A stretch of 30,707 nt of DNA from Acidobacteriota bacterium (lineage in GTDB: Bacteria > Acidobacteriota > Thermoanaerobaculia > Gp7-AA8): contig JANMSA010000010.1 in the NCBI GenBank assembly GCA_031388865.1, positions 1-30,707 on the forward strand, written 5' to 3'. The translations under genes and the position numbers were made by a program. Positions 26,071-30,707 of the stretch are shown here, in pieces. Position 1 is the stretch's first letter; each line of letters begins with the position of its first letter. Below the pieces are notes generated by a model, which was not told the DNA's origin, made no database searches, and was given only the letters and a program-made list of their open reading frames with translations.

Positions 26071-26474
26071 GACAGTCCCTCAGAGATGCTCGGTTCGGCA
26101 ACGACGACGAGCACGCTCTGCAGCTTGGCGATCAGTTCGGCGGCGCTGATTGGCTTCGTCACGTAGTCGGCGCAACCGTTGGTGTAGCCGGCCTCGATGC
26201 TCGCCGACTCGCCGCGCGTCGTCACCAGGATCACCGGAATGTGAGCCGTGCTGCTGCGGCGCTTGATCTCCCGGCACGCATCCAGCCCGTTCATCTCCGG
26301 CATCATCACGTCCATCAGGATGGCGTCGGGCATCTCCAGCGCGGCCTTGGTCACGGCCTCCGCGCCGTTGCACGCCATGACGATGTCGTACGGATGCTTG
26401 CTGAGGATCAATCTCTCCATCAGAAGTACCGTCTTCGAGTCGTCTACGAGCAAGATCTTTTTCCGCATGATCAT
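26067..26474 (-). CDS. Single-domain response regulator (receiver)
   Basis: ILLVDDS, ILMDVMMPEMNG, LVTT, YVTKP. Start at 26474 (TGATG overlap) or 26468. Confidence 0.92.
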   Translation of the reverse strand: MIMRKKILLVDDSKTVLLMERLILSKHPYDIVMACNGAEAVTKAALEMPDAILMDVMMPEMNGLDACREIKRRSSTAHIPVILVTTRGESASIEAGYTNGCADYVTKPISAAELIAKLQSVLVVVAEPSISEGLS

Positions 26475-27277
26475 CAAGCCTCCGCGACTGCATCGCAGTC
26501 GCTCGTCTGCCCGGCCACTGAGCTCGCCAGAAACCGGCTGTTCAACAAGTCCTCGATGGTCATTGGCCTCGAGATCAGAAACCCTTGCAGAATGTCGATG
26601 CCCAACCCCAGCACCGTCGCGATGTCTTCTTCGTTCTCCACACCCTGCGCGATGACTGCGCCGTCGGACGACAACGCCAGGGCAGCCGTGGCGCGCAAGA
26701 TCGCGCGCCGGTACGGGTCGGAGGTGCAGCCATGAACCACATAGCGGTCCACTTTCAAGTATTCGGGGTGGCAGTCGATGAGCATGCGGTAGTTGGCGTC
26801 ACCGAGGCCGATGTCATCCACAGCGATGCCGACTCCGGCCGCACGCAGCTGTGACAGAGCCGTCGCGAGCTTCGTTGCCGAGACGGGCCACACATGTTCC
26901 GCGATCTCGATGATCAACCGGGACGGATGAATCCCGACGCTGCTGCTTTGGGACTGGAGCCAATCGGCAAAGTCGGGAACTCCCGTCAGCGTCGCTGCAT
27001 GCGCGTTGAGGGAGACCGTCGTGTCGCCCGGAAGCAGCGCCGCCGCTTGCAGTGCGTTCGTGAGGCAGCACTGATCGACCATCACCTCGCGGTTCTTGCG
27101 GCGCGCGTAGCCGAACATGAGCTCGGCGTTCTCCATGTTCGAGCCTCGAGGACCCCGCGCCAGAGCCTCCACCGCAAAGAGCGCTTCGCCCTGCGGCGAG
27201 AACCGTACGATGGGCTGGAACAGGATGCGGACGCCGCCCGGCCGCAGGATCTCGCTGAGACTGTCGGCCGTGCTCAT
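26474..27277 (-). CDS. Stand-alone EAL domain protein (c-di-GMP phosphodiesterase family), 267 aa
   Basis: RBS GGAGG and ATG 27277 (ATGA overlap). FQPI, VEALAR, SLN, IEIAE, VDDIGLG, LKVDR, AQGVE, LQGF. Confidence 0.9.
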   Translation of the reverse strand: MSTADSLSEILRPGGVRILFQPIVRFSPQGEALFAVEALARGPRGSNMENAELMFGYARRKNREVMVDQCCLTNALQAAALLPGDTTVSLNAHAATLTGVPDFADWLQSQSSSVGIHPSRLIIEIAEHVWPVSATKLATALSQLRAAGVGIAVDDIGLGDANYRMLIDCHPEYLKVDRYVVHGCTSDPYRRAILRATAALALSSDGAVIAQGVENEEDIATVLGLGIDILQGFLISRPMTIEDLLNSRFLASSVAGQTSDCDAVAEA

Positions 27278-27645
27278 TGCGGTCCTCCGACGAGGTTTTC
27301 GGCGATCTTTCCCAGCTGTTCGAGGTCGGTCGGCTTGTCGATGAATGCATTGATCCCGCGGCGGAACGCCTCCGACTTGACCTCGCTGGATCCGTGGCCC
27401 GTCAGCATCACGATGAGCGCGGCGGGGTTGCACCTGCGGGCGAACCGAACCACTTCCAACCCCTCGCTGCCGGAGCCGCCGAGGCTGAGATCGGCGACGA
27501 CCATGTCGTACCGGCCGCAGGCGAGAAACGCTTCGGCTTCTTCGAGCTCGCGCGCGGTGTCGACCTCGAATCCTTCGGTCTGAAAATAACGCTTCAGGGC
27601 GAAGACGACGGTTTCCTCGTCGTCGACGATGAGAAGTTTGATCAC
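27274..27645 (-). CDS. Single-domain response regulator (receiver)
   Basis: LLIVDDE, VVADL, MLTG, IDKP. GTG start. Confidence 0.88.
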   Translation of the reverse strand: MIKLLIVDDEETVVFALKRYFQTEGFEVDTARELEEAEAFLACGRYDMVVADLSLGGSGSEGLEVVRFARRCNPAALIVMLTGHGSSEVKSEAFRRGINAFIDKPTDLEQLGKIAENLVGGPQ

Positions 27646-27657
27646 GGGAGCCGATGG

Positions 27658-27673
27658 AGCAACCGAGGCGCCA
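27658..27673 (-). promoter_or_regulatory. Sigma54 (-24/-12) promoter motif
   Basis: TGGCGCCTCGGTTGCT with GG-N10-GC spacing, directly upstream of the receiver-EAL-receiver-che genes. Confidence 0.55.
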
Positions 27674-27703
27674 CCGGTGTCACTCGGCTCCGTCCTTTTG
27701 CTG

Positions 27704-28019
27704 TCAGTGAATTACAAAGCGACGGCCATCCGGCGCCAGTCCTGAATTCTGAGAATCGAAACGCTGATTTCTAATTCTAGAACTCTCGACTCTGTGCTTC
27801 CGGAGCTTGTAATACACGGCGCTGCGCGAAATGCCGAGACGCGCCGCAGCCTTCTCCACCTGGCCGCCTTCGGCCGTGAGAACCTGAAGAATGTAATCGC
27901 GCTCGAGCTCCTCGAGCGAGCCGGCGAACGGAATCCCGCCCGCGCCCTGAATCGCCTGTGCGTCAGCCGATTCCCGATCGAAAGAACAGGTTGGACGGCT
28001 CGATCGAGGAGCGGTCGCA
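27704..28019 (-). pseudogene. 3' remnant of a sigma54-dependent (NtrC/Fis-HTH) activator
   Basis: CDRSSIEPSNLFF, +1 frameshift near 27982, then SLEELERDYILQVLTAEGGQVEKAAARLGISRSAVYYKLRK (Fis HTH). Receiver and AAA+ domains are missing. Confidence 0.8.
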
Positions 28020-28029
28020 CGTCGAACGT

Positions 28030-28432
28030 TTCGGTCCATTCCAGAGCAACCTGGCGAGCATCGCGTTGAAAGATTCCCGCGCTTCGTCGCTTCTCGCATC
28101 GGTGGCGGAATCAACGCCGTCGACGAGCACGATGGGCTGCCCGGCTCCCGCTTCCGTGCGCTTCACGTGCAGCATGACGCGCCGCGTCAAACCGGGACGG
28201 CCGAGGAATCTGACTTCGCATTCCGCGGCAGGAGTGCCGGGGAGAAGGGCCGCGAACTCCCCGGCAAACTGCTCCCGGCGTGACGGCCCGATCAACTCGA
28301 GCAACTGCACCCCGAGGATTTCGGCGGTGTTCGGGACGCGAGCGTGCAAAACGCTCTGTTGACGTCGAGCACGGTGCCCGCCGAGTCACAGACCGCCAAT
28401 GCCAACGGCGCGTCGTTGAAGGCGATTCGCAC
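28030..28432 (-). pseudogene. 5' remnant of a PAS-domain sensor (probably histidine kinase), frameshifted and truncated
   Basis: RBS GGAGG and GTG 28432; RIAFNDAPLALAVCDSAGTVLDVNRAFCTL, frameshift near 28330, then AEILGVQLLELIGP...VMLHVKR...LVDGVD. Confidence 0.65.
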
Positions 28433-28621
28433 GCGGTCCACCTCCGCAGTACGACGTCCCATCGCGTTTTCGAGTGTCGGCAGTCAGCGATGTGTGGGTC
28501 CATTGTCGCATTGAAGATTCGACCATGCCGATTCTCGAAATCGAGACTCAAAAGTGGGACATGAGCTTCGAAGGACCGGGCGCTACGGTCTTACTTTCAG
28601 CGCGTTACGGACTTTCGGAAG

Positions 28622-28637
28622 AGGCACTCCTCTTGAA
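28622..28637 (+). promoter_or_regulatory. Sigma54-like motif with non-canonical -12
   Basis: AGGCACTCCTCTTGAA (GGCAC-N5-TTGA), 50 bp upstream of the OMP start. Confidence 0.3.
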
Positions 28638-28687
28638 CTTGTTGCTCGCCAGTCCAACTAGCGGTCACAACAAAGGAGGAGAAAGCA

Positions 28688-29200
28688 ATGCTGTCGATTT
28701 CCCGTCTCGCCCTGCATGTCGTCGTGCGTTCGCTGTTTGCAGCCGTAATCGCACTCCCACTGGCGGCCGAAAACCGTCTCGGAGGCCACATTGGCGTCGT
28801 CTTCCCGCTCGCTTCCTACAGCGACGGCGAAACCGCTACGATCGCCGACGATTTTTCAGTCGGCTTTCCCACCGGCATCTCGGTCAAGATCAGCGACTCG
28901 CTCATTTTCGACCTGGAAGTCGTTCCCGTGATTCACGAAGGAACCAGCAAGGTCGACCTGACAATCCACCCCGGCTTCATACGGCCCATGCGCTCGAACT
29001 ACGCCGCCGGCATCAGAGCGGCCTTCGATGTGGGCCAGGCCTCCTACGGTTTCACCCCATTGGTCAATCGCGCGTACAAGCGCGCCGGTGCTGGAGCCTA
29101 CTTCACTGAGCTCGTCCTGCCCGTCCGTTTCCAGCGCGATGAAACCGGAGAATCGCGCGTGTCTGTTGGCGTGGGTGTACACCTGGGATTCGGTTTCTAA
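28688..29200 (+). CDS. Small outer-membrane beta-barrel-like protein, 170 aa
   Basis: RBS AGGAGG, signal peptide (LAA|EN), alternating amphipathic strands, C-terminal VGVHLGFGF ending in Phe (BAM-type signal). Confidence 0.75.
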   Translation: MLSISRLALHVVVRSLFAAVIALPLAAENRLGGHIGVVFPLASYSDGETATIADDFSVGFPTGISVKISDSLIFDLEVVPVIHEGTSKVDLTIHPGFIRPMRSNYAAGIRAAFDVGQASYGFTPLVNRAYKRAGAGAYFTELVLPVRFQRDETGESRVSVGVGVHLGFGF

Positions 29201-29337
29201 GGCTTACGGCGATGGCACAACGAAGTTCTCTGTCCACAGGCAACGTGCTTCCGGCGTGGGGCGAGCAGGGCTCTTGCGAGCAGGCTCCGTTCGGGCTGGA
29301 AGCATACGAGCGACGACACGGCGGTGAGCAGAAGACC

Positions 29338-30135
29338 GTGAACCAAGAATCGACAGCGGAACTGGTTCTGGACATGTTCGACAGGGGGAAGGAGCTCACC
29401 CGGAGCCTCCTCGATCAGAATCAGCGGCTGCGGTTTCAGGTCGCCGCCCTGCAGACTGCGCAGACCCGGTTCCCGGCCGAGGTCGAGAGGCTGGAGCAGG
29501 CGGTGCGCGGTCTGAGCAAGGAGAACCGCCGGATCCTGCAACGCTCTCGCGAGGCGGAGGAAGAGAACAAGGAGATCACCAACCGGTACCTCGAGATCGA
29601 ACAGCAGAACTGCAACCTCGCCAATCTGTACGTGGCGAGTCACCAGCTGCATTCAACGCTCGACTTCCGTGAAGTCGTTCAGATCGTTCAGGAGATCATC
29701 ATCAACCTGGTCGGCGCGGAAGTATTCTCCATCCTCCTGCACGATGACGAGGAGAACCACCTCAAGACGATCGTGTCGGAGGGCGTGTATCGCATGCCGG
29801 GCGTGGATGCGCTTACCGTCCAGCCAGGCGAAGGCATTCTCGGTACGGCCGCGAAGACCGGCGAGGCCTACTACGACTCGTTGACCGACGGTGAAGTGAC
29901 GCTCCAGAAACCGCTGGCCGTAGTGCCGCTGAAGATCGAGGACCGGACGATCGGGCTGATCGTCGTCTACAAACTTCTGCAGCACAAAGACTCGTTCAGC
30001 GCCGTCGACTACGAGTTGTTCTCGCTGCTCGCTGCACATGCCGCGACGGCGATCTTTGCCTCGAAGCTGTACTGGCAGTCGGAGCGCAAGCTGAACACGA
30101 TCCAAAGCTTCCTCGATCTCCTGACGACCGGCTGA
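29338..30135 (+). CDS. Coiled-coil plus GAF domain protein, ~265 aa
   Basis: Probable GTG 29338. Heptad region (LLDQNQRLRFQV...YLEIEQQNCNLANLYVAS), then GAF (GEGILGTAAKTG, PLAVVPLKIEDRTIGLIVVY, ELFSLLAAHAATAI). Confidence 0.85.
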   Translation: MNQESTAELVLDMFDRGKELTRSLLDQNQRLRFQVAALQTAQTRFPAEVERLEQAVRGLSKENRRILQRSREAEEENKEITNRYLEIEQQNCNLANLYVASHQLHSTLDFREVVQIVQEIIINLVGAEVFSILLHDDEENHLKTIVSEGVYRMPGVDALTVQPGEGILGTAAKTGEAYYDSLTDGEVTLQKPLAVVPLKIEDRTIGLIVVYKLLQHKDSFSAVDYELFSLLAAHAATAIFASKLYWQSERKLNTIQSFLDLLTTG

Positions 30136-30528
30136 CCTGCAGCGCCTCCGCCACCGTCACGACGACGGGTCGCGATCGACCCCTTCCCGGCAAACAACAC
30201 TCCCCCGACACAATCGACGAGAGGTCGTCGACGAGTTGCCGTCGAGCACGCCCTTCATCTCCCGCGCTTCGGGAGCCTCTCTGCACAAGTCTGACGCGCG
30301 GCGTTGCGTGCGCGCCGCCCGCAACCCGAAGGACTGATGGCGGTTGCGGGCCGAGCTCTTCGCCACGGGTCGTCAACGATGCCCCCGCATCGCGATGCTC
30401 CGGACTCGTTCGGCCGCGGCCACCACGAGCGTTGATCTTCGAACGAATGTCTCGGTATCTAACCTGCAGATCAATCGCCCCGGTACGGAGGGATTAGCGA
30501 TCGTCCTCGGGGAGGCCAGCACAGCATC

Positions 30529-30707
30529 ATGACGAAACGCATTTCGTCGGATGCCCTCCGCGGGTGCACGATGCTGTTCGCGCTCCTCGCGATCTGGATC
30601 TACTTCAGGTCAGGACCACAAGCGAGTACTACTCGTATGGCCTCTTCCTGCACCCGGTCTATTTTCGCCAACCTGGTGGAGGATACGGAGAAGCAAGAAT
30701 CAAAAGC
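30529..30707 (+). CDS. Possible 5' part of a membrane protein running off the window
   Basis: GGAGG upstream; MTKRISSDALRGCTMLFALLAIWIYF resembles the R..s.DalRG start of membrane acyltransferase-like proteins. No stop before the window end. Confidence 0.3.
   Translation, partial: MTKRISSDALRGCTMLFALLAIWIYFRSGPQASTTRMASSCTRSIFANLVEDTEKQESK

Noticed and set aside
30140-30520. Gene remnant or structured RNA (10-bp stem 30317-30351)
   Set aside because: No recognisable protein motif, and a single stem with a long loop is not enough to call an element.

Overview
GC-rich accessory region, probably from an Acidobacteriota (Thermoanaerobaculia-like) genome; this rests only on an RRRAV motif and is tentative. 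The left edge is the right end of a prophage or integrative element: a DNA methyltransferase 3' part, tandem 11-bp repeats, the 3' half of an initiator tRNA-Met (attR-like) and an intrinsic terminator. Next is an intact, translationally coupled five-gene operon (1083-10413): a 1603-aa secreted MnxG-like multicopper oxidase, a YVTN beta-propeller protein, two SCO copper chaperones and a cytochrome c/periplasmic-binding-protein fusion, a candidate Mn(II)/metal-oxidation system. It converges on a secreted acidic protein with seven DUF5666-like repeats, whose RBS sits directly behind an intrinsic terminator (candidate attenuator or riboswitch). The remainder mixes intact genes (diguanylate cyclase, unknown secreted protein, S8 protease-VWD-Ig, amidohydrolase, cheB, MCP, two receivers, EAL protein, small OMP, GAF protein) with many gene remnants and deletion fusions. 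These include a collapsing chemosensory operon with deleted cheR, a cheW remnant and no cheA, and a diverged ~370-bp duplication with a microhomology-bounded deletion. No CRISPR array, rRNA or intact transposase was seen. Family assignments come from motif recognition by eye; no searches were run.
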